In this document: in pieces, positions 10,384-20,402 of the stretch
Position numbering within the stretch: the first letter of the stretch is position 1
How the letters are laid out: every line of letters starts with the position of its first letter
Origin: Minisyncoccota bacterium
GTDB lineage: Bacteria; Patescibacteriota; Minisyncoccia; Phycocordibacterales; UBA9973
Assembly (NCBI GenBank): GCA_041666225.1
Contig: JBAYHJ010000005.1
Coordinates: 2,320-66,319 of the forward strand
Direction of reading: 5' to 3'
DNA length: 64,000 nucleotides
Position numbers and translations under genes: made by a program
The notes under the pieces: model-generated
Told to the model about the DNA's origin: nothing
Database searches by the model: none
Seen by the model: the letters and a program-made list of their open reading frames with translations, nothing else

Positions 10384-10422
10384 ATTTTTATTGTAAACTA
10401 TTTATTCTATAAAAACAATATT

Positions 10423-11808
10423 TTAATCAATTTTAGATATTTCTGTTCTCAAATCAGTATCTTTTATTTCATACCCGAGTTCATTTATCTTTTTTCTTAA
10501 TTCATCACTTTTGCTCCAATCTTTTTGTTTGCGAGCCATTTCTCTCTCTTGTACTAATCCATTTATTTCACTTGGAATTATTTCTACTTCTATTTTACTT
10601 AAATTAAGACCGAGCACTTTATCAAAATCAAGTATAGTTGCGAGTTTGTCTTCATTTGAAATTCCATATTTAAATATCTCCCCAAGAGTTGCCAGAGCTT
10701 TGGGCATATTTAAATCATCATTAATATTATTTAAGAATCTTTCTTTGAGCTCTATATTCACAGTACCTATAGTAGTACCAAGAATTTTAATTTTATTTAT
10801 TAGATTATTGTAACCATTTAATGCAGCTCCCTCTATTTCAGAATTCCATTCCATATGTTTTCTATAATGGACTCCAAAAGTCGCGAAACGATAAACTAGA
10901 GGATTAATATTTTTATCAAGAAATTCACTTTTAAGAGTTAAAAAATTCCCTGTACTTTTAGCCATTTTTTCTCCATTTTTTATATTGAGAAAAAATCCGT
11001 GAATCCAATATTTGACCCAAGGTGATTTATCTGTAGCAGCTTCTGTTTGAGCTAGTTCATTTGTATGATGTAAATTAATGAAATCTTCTGCTCCACAATG
11101 TATATCAAACTGCTCTCCAAGGTATTTAACACTCATTGCAGAGCATTCTATATGCCAACCTGGGAATCCAGTACCCCAAGGACTTTTCCACTCCATTTGG
11201 CGTTTTGTGTCCAAGGGGGAGAACTTCCATAAAGCAAAGTCAGTAGGGTTTTTCTTCTCATCATTTATCTCAATTCGAGCACCTTCTTTTAATGATTCTA
11301 GTTTTTGATGTGAGAGTTTGGAGTAATCGCTAACTTTCGATGTATCAAAATATATACCATCACTGGTTTTATAAGTAAAACCTTTTTTCTCCAAAGTTTC
11401 TATCATTTGTATTTGTTCGGTAATATTGTCTGTGGCTTTACAAAAAACTTCAGGATAAATAATGTTTAAATTGGTTAAATCCTCTTTAAATTTAGTTGTA
11501 TAAAATTCTGCAATTTCCCACGCGGTTTTGTTTTCTTTAAGTGATTCTTTTTCAATTTTATCTTCACCCATATCACGGTCGCCAGTTAAATGACCAACAT
11601 CGGTAATATTCATAACATGTTTAACATTATATCCATTGTAAGCAAGGACTCGTTTTAATATATCTTCAAATATATAAGTACGCATATTACCCAAGTGAGC
11701 GTAGTTATAAACTGTAGGACCACAAGTATAAAGACCGACATCTTGGCCATTTATTGGAACAAATTCTTCTTTTTCCCTTGAAAGGGTATTAAATATGACT
11801 AAAGACAT
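10423..11808 (-). CDS. cysS: Cysteine--tRNA ligase
   Basis: [23 protein letters not shown]. Confidence 0.97.
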   Translation of the reverse strand: MSLVIFNTLSREKEEFVPINGQDVGLYTCGPTVYNYAHLGNMRTYIFEDILKRVLAYNGYNVKHVMNITDVGHLTGDRDMGEDKIEKESLKENKTAWEIAEFYTTKFKEDLTNLNIIYPEVFCKATDNITEQIQMIETLEKKGFTYKTSDGIYFDTSKVSDYSKLSHQKLESLKEGARIEINDEKKNPTDFALWKFSPLDTKRQMEWKSPWGTGFPGWHIECSAMSVKYLGEQFDIHCGAEDFINLHHTNELAQTEAATDKSPWVKYWIHGFFLNIKNGEKMAKSTGNFLTLKSEFLDKNINPLVYRFATFGVHYRKHMEWNSEIEGAALNGYNNLINKIKILGTTIGTVNIELKERFLNNINDDLNMPKALATLGEIFKYGISNEDKLATILDFDKVLGLNLSKIEVEIIPSEINGLVQEREMARKQKDWSKSDELRKKINELGYEIKDTDLRTEISKID

Positions 11809-12331
11809 ATATAGATATTAGCATTATTGCGCCCAATGAGACAAATGACAGTGTGGTTAATAATTTTAACTTCTTATTATTTTTCAATATCTGCTGTTTA
11901 AGATTTTCGGCTTTAATATTACTTAGTAATAATTCTTTTTGTGAACCTATAAACAAATTTTTTAACAAATGAGCAAATAGAACTTTATTATTACTTATAT
12001 CTAATTTTTGGCTTGAATTAATGTTTAATTCTATTTCTTTTATAAATGAAGATAAAGATGTAATTCGTTCATTATGAATACTTATAATAAAACTATCATT
12101 AACAATGAAAAATAATTTACTATTTTGAGTTGTTTTGTTTTGAGGAAAATCTATAGAAGTAAATAAATAATCATAATCAATACTTATTTCATCATTATTT
12201 CCTCTATTCTCTATCTTTTCTTTTATGTAGGAAGGTATTGAATACTCTTCTAAAATATAGTTAATTTCTTCTTCCTTGGGTGACTCTAAATCGATCCAAG
12301 TGAGTTCTTTGTGGCTATATTTTGATATCAT
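11789..12331 (-). CDS. Short CorA-like protein (N-terminal soluble part plus one TM)
   Basis: [10 protein letters not shown]-terminus, KLLTTLS before TM; no GMN motif; start chosen 7 nt after TATAAT. Confidence 0.6.
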   Translation of the reverse strand: MISKYSHKELTWIDLESPKEEEINYILEEYSIPSYIKEKIENRGNNDEISIDYDYLFTSIDFPQNKTTQNSKLFFIVNDSFIISIHNERITSLSSFIKEIELNINSSQKLDISNNKVLFAHLLKNLFIGSQKELLLSNIKAENLKQQILKNNKKLKLLTTLSFVSLGAIMLISIYVFSHI

Positions 12332-12437
12332 AAAGATCATTATACAATCTAGCTTGCAATTTTGCCAACTTTTGTGTAATATGGTTCTTATCCATAGATT
12401 TCCGTATATTAAAGGATATCTTTAGATAAATTAAATT

Positions 12438-12809
12438 ATGCCTAAAACAACAACTACAACAAAAAAAGTCAAAACAACAGTTCCAGAAAGTAAGGAATTT
12501 GCGGTTATTTTCACGGGCGGAAAGCAATATAAAGTAGCTGTTGGGGATGTCTTAAAAATTGAAAAAATTGATGGTGAATTCAAACCAGGTGATAAGGTAG
12601 TATTTGATAAGGTTTTATTGGTAGATAATGGTACAGATACGACAATTGGAACACCTTATATATTAAACGCGAAAGTTGAATCTTTATTTCAAAAATTAGG
12701 TAAAGGAAAGACTGTAAAGGTAGTTAAATATAAACAAAAAAGTAGATATCTTAAAAGGAATGGTCATAGACAACCTTTTATAGAAGTTAAAATATCTTCA
12801 ATTAAATAA
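12438..12809 (+). CDS. rplU: 50S ribosomal protein bL21
   Basis: FAVIFTGGKQYKV, GHRQPF. Confidence 0.97.
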   Translation: MPKTTTTTKKVKTTVPESKEFAVIFTGGKQYKVAVGDVLKIEKIDGEFKPGDKVVFDKVLLVDNGTDTTIGTPYILNAKVESLFQKLGKGKTVKVVKYKQKSRYLKRNGHRQPFIEVKISSIK

Positions 12810-12813
12810 ATTT

Positions 12814-12838
12814 AGAACGGCCCGTAAGGGCTGTTTTT
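12814..12838 (+). terminator. Intrinsic terminator
   Basis: aacggccc-gtaa-gggctgttttt. Confidence 0.8.
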
Positions 12839-12910
12839 GTATTTGACTGGATATATAATATATTGTAATATAAAGAAAAAATTTACACTAAAATAATAGG
12901 AGATATAAAA

Positions 12911-13768
12911 ATGAAAAACGAGAATTTTGTATTAACGTTGGAGAACAATGAATCTCCAATTATAATAACTGTACCTCATGGAGGAATGCCAAATCGTTAT
13001 GCTTCCTGGTTGGATCCATTTTTTCAAAAACGAATTAAATCCGATAATCCTTCTGAAAATTTAATTACTGGAGAAAAAATTGTAGTTGGTAGTGATGGTC
13101 AAATAATGCACATTGTTGCTGATATCTTAAAAGAATATCCAGCAAATGCAATTATTGGTTTATTACCAAGGTCTTTTGTGGATTACAACCGCTTTGTCCC
13201 TGAAGTTGCTTACACGGATCAGAAAATTAAACCTTTTTATGGTGCGTATCACAATGCAATTATTGAAACGATTGAAAGACTTAAGAAAAACAAAAAAATA
13301 ATTTTTCTTTTTGATTTTCATGGTTTTGGGAAACAACCGATTGATGGCATGGAATTTGATGTTATTATCGGAACAGACGGAAAAACATCCCCGTTAAAAA
13401 CAGATAAATTTTTATATGATTATTTTGGGGATAAATACAAAGTATTTTGTGCTGGAATGAAAGGTTTACCCAAAAATGAAAGTGAATCTTATAGGGGAAA
13501 CACAACGAATCTTTGGTATTATCTTAAATATAAGAATATTTTGGATTCCATGTTAATAGAAATTTCTCCGAAATTTAGAAGTTCAAAAGGTGAAAATTCA
13601 AAAGAAAATGGAATTCAAATAGCTAGAGATTTCGCGTCATATTTTAAAAAAGTTGATGAAGAAGCTGGTTTAATGGAAGAGGATATTGAAGCTAATGATA
13701 TGTTCTATCATTCCTTATGGAGTTATCATAAAAATATATTTGGTGAAAAAATTAGTAGTGAAATTTAA
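12911..13768 (+). CDS. N-formylglutamate amidohydrolase-like protein
   Basis: ITVPHGG, VDYNR, YH, FDFHGF, LIEI. Confidence 0.75.
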   Translation: MKNENFVLTLENNESPIIITVPHGGMPNRYASWLDPFFQKRIKSDNPSENLITGEKIVVGSDGQIMHIVADILKEYPANAIIGLLPRSFVDYNRFVPEVAYTDQKIKPFYGAYHNAIIETIERLKKNKKIIFLFDFHGFGKQPIDGMEFDVIIGTDGKTSPLKTDKFLYDYFGDKYKVFCAGMKGLPKNESESYRGNTTNLWYYLKYKNILDSMLIEISPKFRSSKGENSKENGIQIARDFASYFKKVDEEAGLMEEDIEANDMFYHSLWSYHKNIFGEKISSEI

Positions 13769-13770
13769 GA

Positions 13771-13802
13771 AAGAGCTCTGTCAAATAATGGCAGAGCTTT
13801 TT
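13771..13802. terminator. Intrinsic terminator between convergent genes
   Basis: agctctgtca-aataa-tggcagagct-tttt. Confidence 0.8.
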
Positions 13803-13805
13803 AGT

Positions 13806-14420
13806 TTAGGCTCTATTTTTGAGGGCGTTTTTAATAGTTTCGCTATCTGAATATTCAAGCTCTGTTCCAGTAGAAAGCCCACGACCAAGTGAGACTATTT
13901 TAAAATTATATTTATCTTGAAGGGGAGATATCTTTTCTCGTAAATACATATCTGTATGTTCTCCTTGGGGATTTAATGATAGTGCAATTATTATTTCTTT
14001 TAGGTTATCTTTTTTTGCACGACTCTCAATTGTATTTAAAAGTTCTTTGAGTCTTAGAAAAATTGGTGTCTCTTTCGTAACTATCGGCGCAAGTCCTCCA
14101 AGTATAAAATACATACCAGAATAATTTTTACTTCTTTTTATATTTTCAAAATCAGCATCTTTTTCGATAATTAAAAGGGAAGTTTTGTCTGTTTTTAGAT
14201 CCTTGCATGTATTACATAGTTGGTCTTTGTCTCCTTGAAAAAAAAGAAAACAAGAGGGGCATTGATGAATTAGGTTTCTAATAGATAGAATGTCTTCTCC
14301 TAGCTCTTTTACATAATTGGGATTTTTATGAAGCAAAAAATACACAAACCTTTTTGATTGGCGTTCTCCAATTCCTGGAAATTCTTTAAAATATTGTGCT
14401 AATTTTTCAATTGGATCCAT
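13806..14420 (-). CDS. recR: Recombination protein RecR
   Basis: FPGIGERQSKR HhH, C4 zinc finger, TOPRIM, GTELEY. Confidence 0.95.
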   Translation of the reverse strand: MDPIEKLAQYFKEFPGIGERQSKRFVYFLLHKNPNYVKELGEDILSIRNLIHQCPSCFLFFQGDKDQLCNTCKDLKTDKTSLLIIEKDADFENIKRSKNYSGMYFILGGLAPIVTKETPIFLRLKELLNTIESRAKKDNLKEIIIALSLNPQGEHTDMYLREKISPLQDKYNFKIVSLGRGLSTGTELEYSDSETIKNALKNRA

Positions 14421-14425
14421 ATAAA

Positions 14426-15811
14426 TTAAAAACCATCTATCTCCGTGCCTCCAGATGAGCTGTAACTATTTGTATCTTTTTTATCTATCGACATAAAAGT
14501 TGTTGATTTTTCATCAAAGTATAGATCAACTTTTCCAACAGGGCCATTACGGTGTTTTTCTATTAAAATTTCGGCAATATTTGTCTTTTCACTTTCATCT
14601 TTTCCTTTATCTTCACGATGAATAAACATAACAATATCCGCATCTTGCTCGATTGATCCTGAATCACGAAGATCTGATAATCGAGGTCGTCCACCACGAG
14701 ACTCAACCGCACGAGAAAGTTGAGACAAAGCTAGAACTGGAACATCAAATTCTTTAGCCAAAGATTTAAGTGATCGAGATATTTCAGTAACTTGATTCAC
14801 CATATTATCATAATTTTTTGAAGTAGACATCAATTGTAAGTAATCAACAATTATTAACCCGATACCATGCTCAGCTCTTATTCTTCTACAAACAGAACGC
14901 ATACGAATAATAGAGTTACCAGCTAAATCATCTACAAAGATTGGGGCTTTCGATAAGCTATCAAGAGAGTCACGAATTTTAGCAAATTCTCCTTCAGAAG
15001 AAAGATTTCCAGTACGAAGATTCCACGCATTTACTTTTGATTGTGCAGCAAGCAACCTATCAACTAATTGTTGAGTACTCATTTCAAGAGAAAATATAAC
15101 AGTAGGGGTACCATTGTTGAGTGCGGCCTGACGAGCGATATCAAGAGCAAGAGTCGTCTTACCCATAGACGGACGTGCAGCTAAAATAACAAGATCTGAT
15201 TTTTGAAGCCCAGATAGATATTGATCAAGATCATGGAAGCCTGTAGGTACTCCACGAAGTTCACCTTTATTCTCGTGAAGTTTTTCTAATCTTTCCCAAG
15301 CCTCAGGTAAACTTTCTTTCAGGGAAGTAAATGCGTGCCCACCAGCATTACTATTTATTCCCATCATTCTTTTTTCAGCTTGGTCAAGAATATCAAAAAC
15401 ATCCTCAACTTCATCTTTAAAACCTAGTTCTGAAATATGATCACCAGCCTCAATTATTTTTCGAAGAATATGTTTTTTATTTACAACATCAGCGTAATAT
15501 TTGATATTTGTTGAAGCAGGTACGGAATTTGTAAGTTCACTCAAATAACTACTTCCACCCATCTGATCAAGTAATCCTTTTTCTTCAAGCTTATGAGAAA
15601 CTGACAAGATATCTATAGGATCTCCCTTACTTGAGAGCTCAAGCATTATCTTATAAACTTGTGCATGTTTTGAAGCATAAAAAGAGTCGGAATTTACGAT
15701 GTCATTTATTTCGTGTATTGCACCAGGACGCAACATTATTGAGCCCAAAATTGCTTTTTCTGAGTCCACGCTTTGTGGAGGCACTCGCAGTTTAGTTTTT
15801 TTGTCTTGCAT
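14426..15811 (-). CDS. dnaB: Replicative DNA helicase
   Basis: VPPQS, AARPSMGKT, VDYLQLM, LSQLSR, DLRDSGSIEQDAD; start 7 nt after TGATACAAT. Confidence 0.97.
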   Translation of the reverse strand: MQDKKTKLRVPPQSVDSEKAILGSIMLRPGAIHEINDIVNSDSFYASKHAQVYKIMLELSSKGDPIDILSVSHKLEEKGLLDQMGGSSYLSELTNSVPASTNIKYYADVVNKKHILRKIIEAGDHISELGFKDEVEDVFDILDQAEKRMMGINSNAGGHAFTSLKESLPEAWERLEKLHENKGELRGVPTGFHDLDQYLSGLQKSDLVILAARPSMGKTTLALDIARQAALNNGTPTVIFSLEMSTQQLVDRLLAAQSKVNAWNLRTGNLSSEGEFAKIRDSLDSLSKAPIFVDDLAGNSIIRMRSVCRRIRAEHGIGLIIVDYLQLMSTSKNYDNMVNQVTEISRSLKSLAKEFDVPVLALSQLSRAVESRGGRPRLSDLRDSGSIEQDADIVMFIHREDKGKDESEKTNIAEILIEKHRNGPVGKVDLYFDEKSTTFMSIDKKDTNSYSSSGGTEIDGF

Positions 15812-15915
15812 GTTTCGTATTGTATCAGCAATAATGTAAGTCTCAAAATAGATATTTCTAATAAATATGTGTGTAATATGTGCAAAACTATTCATTTTTT
15901 GGTATTATTATACTT

Positions 15916-16923
15916 ATGGTAAAAGAACAAATAAATGTGCTTACAGGAGATCGTCCAACTGGGAAACTCCATCTTGGTCATTTTGTTGGATCTATTAAAA
16001 ATAGAATAAAGCTTCAAAATGAGGCAGATAATTCGTTTTATATGATTGCAGACATTCAAGGATTAACAGATAACGCAAATAATCCTCAAAAAGTTCGAGA
16101 TAATGTTATAGAAGTTGTTTTAGATAACTTGGCTTGTGGCTTGGATCCTAAAAAAACAACAATGTTTATTCAATCTGAGATTCCAGAAATAGCTGAGCTT
16201 ACTGTTATTTTTTTAAACCTAGTTACACTCGCACGACTCAAAAGAAATCCAACAGTTAAAGATGAAATGAAGCAAAAAGGTTTTGGAGAGGATGTTCCAG
16301 CTGGTTTTCTTTGTTATCCTATATCTCAAGCAGCTGATATATTATTTGCAAAGGCAAATTTAATTCCAGTTGGTGAAGATCAACTCCCAGTAATAGAACA
16401 AGTAAATGAAATTGTAGATACTTTCAATCGATATTATGGAGAAACATTTAGTCGTGTTAAACATTTAGTTGGAGATACACCAAGGCTAATTGGTACTGAT
16501 GGAAATGTTAAAATGGGTAAATCACTAAACAATGGAATCTATCTTTCTGATTCATTTGAAGAAATTTCTAAAAAAGTTATGAGTATGTATACTGACCCAA
16601 AACACATACACGTAGAAGACCCTGGACAAGTAGAAGGCAATGTAGTTTTTACTTATTTAGATATTTTTGATTCTGATAAAGATGTAGTTGAAGATTTAAA
16701 GAAAAAATATAAAATAGGTGGATTAGGTGATGTTATAATAAAAAAAAGATTAATTGATGTTCTTGAAAATATAATTAGTCCAATTAGAACAAAAAGAGAA
16801 GAATTATCAAGGCATCCAGAAGAAGTAATGAAGATTTTAGAAGAAGGTACAGCAAAAGCTAGATTAGTAGCACAAAAAACAATGGCCGAAGTGAGATTTG
16901 CATTAAAAATTAATTATTTTTAA
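15916..16923 (+). CDS. trpS: Tryptophan--tRNA ligase
   Basis: TGDRPTGKLHLGH, VGEDQ, KMGKS; start moved to MVKE. Confidence 0.97.
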   Translation: MVKEQINVLTGDRPTGKLHLGHFVGSIKNRIKLQNEADNSFYMIADIQGLTDNANNPQKVRDNVIEVVLDNLACGLDPKKTTMFIQSEIPEIAELTVIFLNLVTLARLKRNPTVKDEMKQKGFGEDVPAGFLCYPISQAADILFAKANLIPVGEDQLPVIEQVNEIVDTFNRYYGETFSRVKHLVGDTPRLIGTDGNVKMGKSLNNGIYLSDSFEEISKKVMSMYTDPKHIHVEDPGQVEGNVVFTYLDIFDSDKDVVEDLKKKYKIGGLGDVIIKKRLIDVLENIISPIRTKREELSRHPEEVMKILEEGTAKARLVAQKTMAEVRFALKINYF

Positions 16924-16926
16924 TTT

Positions 16927-17139
16927 ATGAAATATCTTTTTGCATTAATTGTCGTAATTTTGAATCTTGTAAATGTTCCACTGAACATGCTTTATATGAG
17001 AGTTCAAAAATGGTATTTACCAATGTGGAAAAAAGACAAAATTATATATTTTGCATTTGCTCCTTTTTATTGGATTTTAGTAGCCCTCACATTTATTTTT
17101 GGATATCCTTGTGAAAAGTTGGCACATTTAGCACATTAA
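16927..17139 (+). CDS. Small membrane protein
   Basis: Two hydrophobic segments; fills operon gap. Confidence 0.65.
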   Translation: MKYLFALIVVILNLVNVPLNMLYMRVQKWYLPMWKKDKIIYFAFAPFYWILVALTFIFGYPCEKLAHLAH

Positions 17140-17168
17140 TAGTTTAATTATAATCACAAAAAGATTTT

Positions 17169-18590
17169 ATGAAAGAAAGAATATATATAAAAGATTTAAA
17201 TAATTTTATTAGTAAAGAAGTTTTAATTGCTGGATGGGTTGATGTTCGTCGCGATCAAGGGAAAATGATTTTCTTGGATTTTCGTGATATGACAGGAAAA
17301 GTACAAGGGGTTATTTTACCAAGTTATGTTGAAACACTTGAAGTTGGAAAAACACTCAGAAGTGAATTTGTGGTGAAAGTGAAAGGAAAAGTAAACAAAA
17401 GACCTGAACGAAATATTAAAGAAGGAGTTTTGAACGGTGATATCGAGCTTGAGATACTTGAGATAGAGGTATTAAATAAAGCAAACACACCTCCTTTTGA
17501 TGTAACAACTGATGGAAAAGAAATTGGAGAAGAAAATAGACTTAAGTATAGATATCTTGATTTACGACGACCTCGAATGCAAAAAAATATTCGTAATCGT
17601 CATTATCTTTCAAAATTTGTTAGAGATTTTCTTGATAATGAAAATTTTATTGAAATAGAAACACCTATTTTAACAAAGTCTACTCCTGAAGGGGCACGAG
17701 ACTATATTGTTCCATCAAGATTATATCCTGGAACTTTTTATGCTCTTCCGCAATCTCCTCAACAGTACAAACAACTCTTAATGGCAAGCGGAATGGAAAA
17801 ATATTTTCAAATTGCTAGATGTATGCGTGACGAAGATACAAGAGGTGATAGACAGCCAGAATTTACTCAACTTGATATGGAAATGAGTTTTGTGGAAAAG
17901 AACGATGTTATGGATGTTAACGAACGTCTTCTTATTGAATTAGTAACAAAATTATATCCACAAAAGAAAATCCAAGAAATTCCATTTCCTCATATTTCAT
18001 ACAAAGATGCCATGGAAAAATATGGTAATGACAGACCAGATTTACGCAAAGATAAAAATGATCCAGATCTACTTGCTTTTTGTTGGGTGGTTGATTTTCC
18101 GTTTTTTGAAAGAACTGATAAGTCAGACAACCCAAATACTGAGGGTGAATGGACATTTACACATAATCCATTTTCAGAACCCATAAGTAATCATAAAAAA
18201 ATGTTACTAGAAGGTAAAAATTTAGGAGAAATATTAACAACTCAATATGATATTATTTTAAATGGATATGAGATAGGTGGTGGAAGCATAAGAGCTCATG
18301 AGGCAAATACTCTTCGTAAGGTATTAAATATAATAGGACATAAAAATGAAGATATAGATAAAAATTTTGGACATATGTTGAATGCCTTTGAGACAGGTAC
18401 ACCTCCTCATGGTGGAATAGCTTGGGGTTTTGACCGATTGTTAATGCTTCTTGAAAATGAACCAAATATTCGTGAAGTTATTGCTTTTCCTAAAACGGGT
18501 GAAGGAAAAGATTTAATGATGGAATCTCCATCAGCAGTTTCAGCTGTTCAGTTAAAAGAATTAAATATAGAAATAACGAAGAAAAAATAG
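17169..18590 (+). CDS. aspS: Aspartate--tRNA ligase (short, GAD insertion absent)
   Basis: OB fold, LPQSPQQYKQ, DRQPEFTQLD, PPHGGIAWGFDR; 473 aa. Confidence 0.96.
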   Translation: MKERIYIKDLNNFISKEVLIAGWVDVRRDQGKMIFLDFRDMTGKVQGVILPSYVETLEVGKTLRSEFVVKVKGKVNKRPERNIKEGVLNGDIELEILEIEVLNKANTPPFDVTTDGKEIGEENRLKYRYLDLRRPRMQKNIRNRHYLSKFVRDFLDNENFIEIETPILTKSTPEGARDYIVPSRLYPGTFYALPQSPQQYKQLLMASGMEKYFQIARCMRDEDTRGDRQPEFTQLDMEMSFVEKNDVMDVNERLLIELVTKLYPQKKIQEIPFPHISYKDAMEKYGNDRPDLRKDKNDPDLLAFCWVVDFPFFERTDKSDNPNTEGEWTFTHNPFSEPISNHKKMLLEGKNLGEILTTQYDIILNGYEIGGGSIRAHEANTLRKVLNIIGHKNEDIDKNFGHMLNAFETGTPPHGGIAWGFDRLLMLLENEPNIREVIAFPKTGEGKDLMMESPSAVSAVQLKELNIEITKKK

Positions 18591-18593
18591 ATT

Positions 18594-19049
18594 ATGAAAG
18601 ATTGTCTTTTTTGTAAAATTGTAAAAGGTGAGATGCCTTCATATAAAGTTTGGGAAGATGAAAAACATTTAGCTTTTCTTACTATTTTTCCTAATACAGA
18701 AGGAGTAACTGTTGTTATTACAAAAGAACATTTTACTAGTTATGCTTTTGACTTACCAGATGAGAATCTTTCTGATCTAGTTTTAGCTACAAAAAAGGTT
18801 GCTAAACTATTAGATTCAAAACTAGAAGACGTAGGGCGTACGGCGATGGTTTTTGAAGGTTATGGAATTGACCATATTCATGCAAAACTTTATCCAATGC
18901 ATGGAACTGCTGATTTAAAAGAATGGAAGCCAATTGAATCAAAGATTGATAAATATTTTTATAAATATGAGGGATATATTTCATCACATGATTACAAAAG
19001 AGCTGATAATAATTTATTAAAAAAAGTTGCAGAAAAAATAAGAAAATAA
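18594..19049 (+). CDS. HIT family protein
   Basis: CLFCKI, DHIHAKL. Confidence 0.88.
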   Translation: MKDCLFCKIVKGEMPSYKVWEDEKHLAFLTIFPNTEGVTVVITKEHFTSYAFDLPDENLSDLVLATKKVAKLLDSKLEDVGRTAMVFEGYGIDHIHAKLYPMHGTADLKEWKPIESKIDKYFYKYEGYISSHDYKRADNNLLKKVAEKIRK

Positions 19050-19050
19050 A

Positions 19051-19818
19051 ATGTCCGATATAATTTCACCATATCAAATAAAACAGGGAACTTTTGAGGG
19101 GCCACTTGAGCTTCTACTTTCTCTTATAGAACAAAAGAAACTATTTGTGAATGAGATATCACTTGCTGAAGTTACCAATGATTATATAACTTATATAAAA
19201 TCATTAAATGATGTTCCTTCAGATAAACACATCGCAGATGTGTCATATTTTATCCTCATTGCGGCAACTTTGATTTTAATTAAATCAAAATCATTGCTTC
19301 CAAACTTATCTTTAACTGATGATGAAACTGAAAAAATTACAGATCTTGAAACTAGACTTAAATTATTTAAAATAATTAAAAATGCCAGTATTGATATAAA
19401 TAATAATTTTGGAGTAAAAATAATTTTTATGCCGAATGAACGTATTTGGAGTGACCCACTGTTTTCTCCAGATGCTTTGATCACAGTAAACAATATGTTT
19501 TCCTCTATCAACGAAGTTCTTTCTCATATTCCTAAAAAAGCAGAAAAACTGCCTGAAATAGAAGTTAAAAAGATTATAAACATAGATGAAATAATAAATA
19601 GTCTCACAGATCGTATTCAAAATGCTATAAATTTATCTTTCCGAGAATTTACTCAAAATAGTGGAGCTGAAAATCAAGAAGAGGCAAAAGTACACGTTAT
19701 TATTTCATTCTTGGCTATGCTAGAATTGGTAAGAGAAGGAATAATTGATGTAATTCAAAATAATTCTTTCGGAGATATTGAAATTAACAAGCAGGAATTA
19801 ATTAAAAATTTGAATTAA
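19051..19818 (+). CDS. scpA: Segregation/condensation protein A
   Basis: FEGPLELLL, SFLAMLELVR. Confidence 0.93.
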   Translation: MSDIISPYQIKQGTFEGPLELLLSLIEQKKLFVNEISLAEVTNDYITYIKSLNDVPSDKHIADVSYFILIAATLILIKSKSLLPNLSLTDDETEKITDLETRLKLFKIIKNASIDINNNFGVKIIFMPNERIWSDPLFSPDALITVNNMFSSINEVLSHIPKKAEKLPEIEVKKIINIDEIINSLTDRIQNAINLSFREFTQNSGAENQEEAKVHVIISFLAMLELVREGIIDVIQNNSFGDIEINKQELIKNLN

Positions 19819-19825
19819 TAATTAA

Positions 19826-19874
19826 TACTAGAAGCTAGAACCTAGCAACTAGAACCTAATCTATGGAACTAGAA
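19826..19874 (+). repeat. Degenerate heptamer (CTAGAAN) tandem repeat
   Basis: ctagaag-ctagaac-ctagcaa-ctagaac-ctaatc; related tracts at 32466-32502 and, inverted, 2402-2432. Confidence 0.7.
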
Positions 19875-20402
19875 TCAAAAATTGAAGGATTACTTTTTTA
19901 TAAGGGTGAAGATGTCCAAATAAAAAAATTGGCAGAACTTTTAAATGTAAATGACAATGATATAGAAGAAGCCTTAAAAAAATTAGAAATTTCTCTTTTA
20001 AATAGAGGGCTAGTTCTTGTCCGCAAAGATGATTCTGTGGTTTTGGGAATTACTGGAGAATTGAGTTCACTTATAGAGTCTATTCGAAAAGAAGAAATTA
20101 CAAAAGACTTGACGAAATCATCTCTTGAAACACTTTCTATTGTTTTATATAAAAATGGTGTTTCTCGTAGCGAGATAGATTATATTCGTGGAGTGAATTC
20201 AAGTTTTATATTGAGAAATTTAATTGTTCGAGGATTAATAGAAAAAATCACTGATCCTAAAGATAGTAGGCGTTTGCTATATCGTCCAACTTTTGATGCA
20301 TTATCTTTTATGGGAATCACTTCCATAGAACAACTTCCTAATTACAGTGAGGTTATAACTCAATTACAAGAAGTTATTAAACAAGAAGAAAAAAATGACT
20401 AA
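19863..20402 (+). CDS. scpB: Segregation/condensation protein B
   Basis: LETLSIVLY, IDYIRGVNS. Confidence 0.93.
   Translation: MELESKIEGLLFYKGEDVQIKKLAELLNVNDNDIEEALKKLEISLLNRGLVLVRKDDSVVLGITGELSSLIESIRKEEITKDLTKSSLETLSIVLYKNGVSRSEIDYIRGVNSSFILRNLIVRGLIEKITDPKDSRRLLYRPTFDALSFMGITSIEQLPNYSEVITQLQEVIKQEEKND

Noticed and set aside
15811-15916. ORF-track N-terminal extensions making dnaB and trpS overlap (similar for prfA, rplY, RRM, 59696, 61294)
   Set aside because: Family homology and promoter position support the downstream starts
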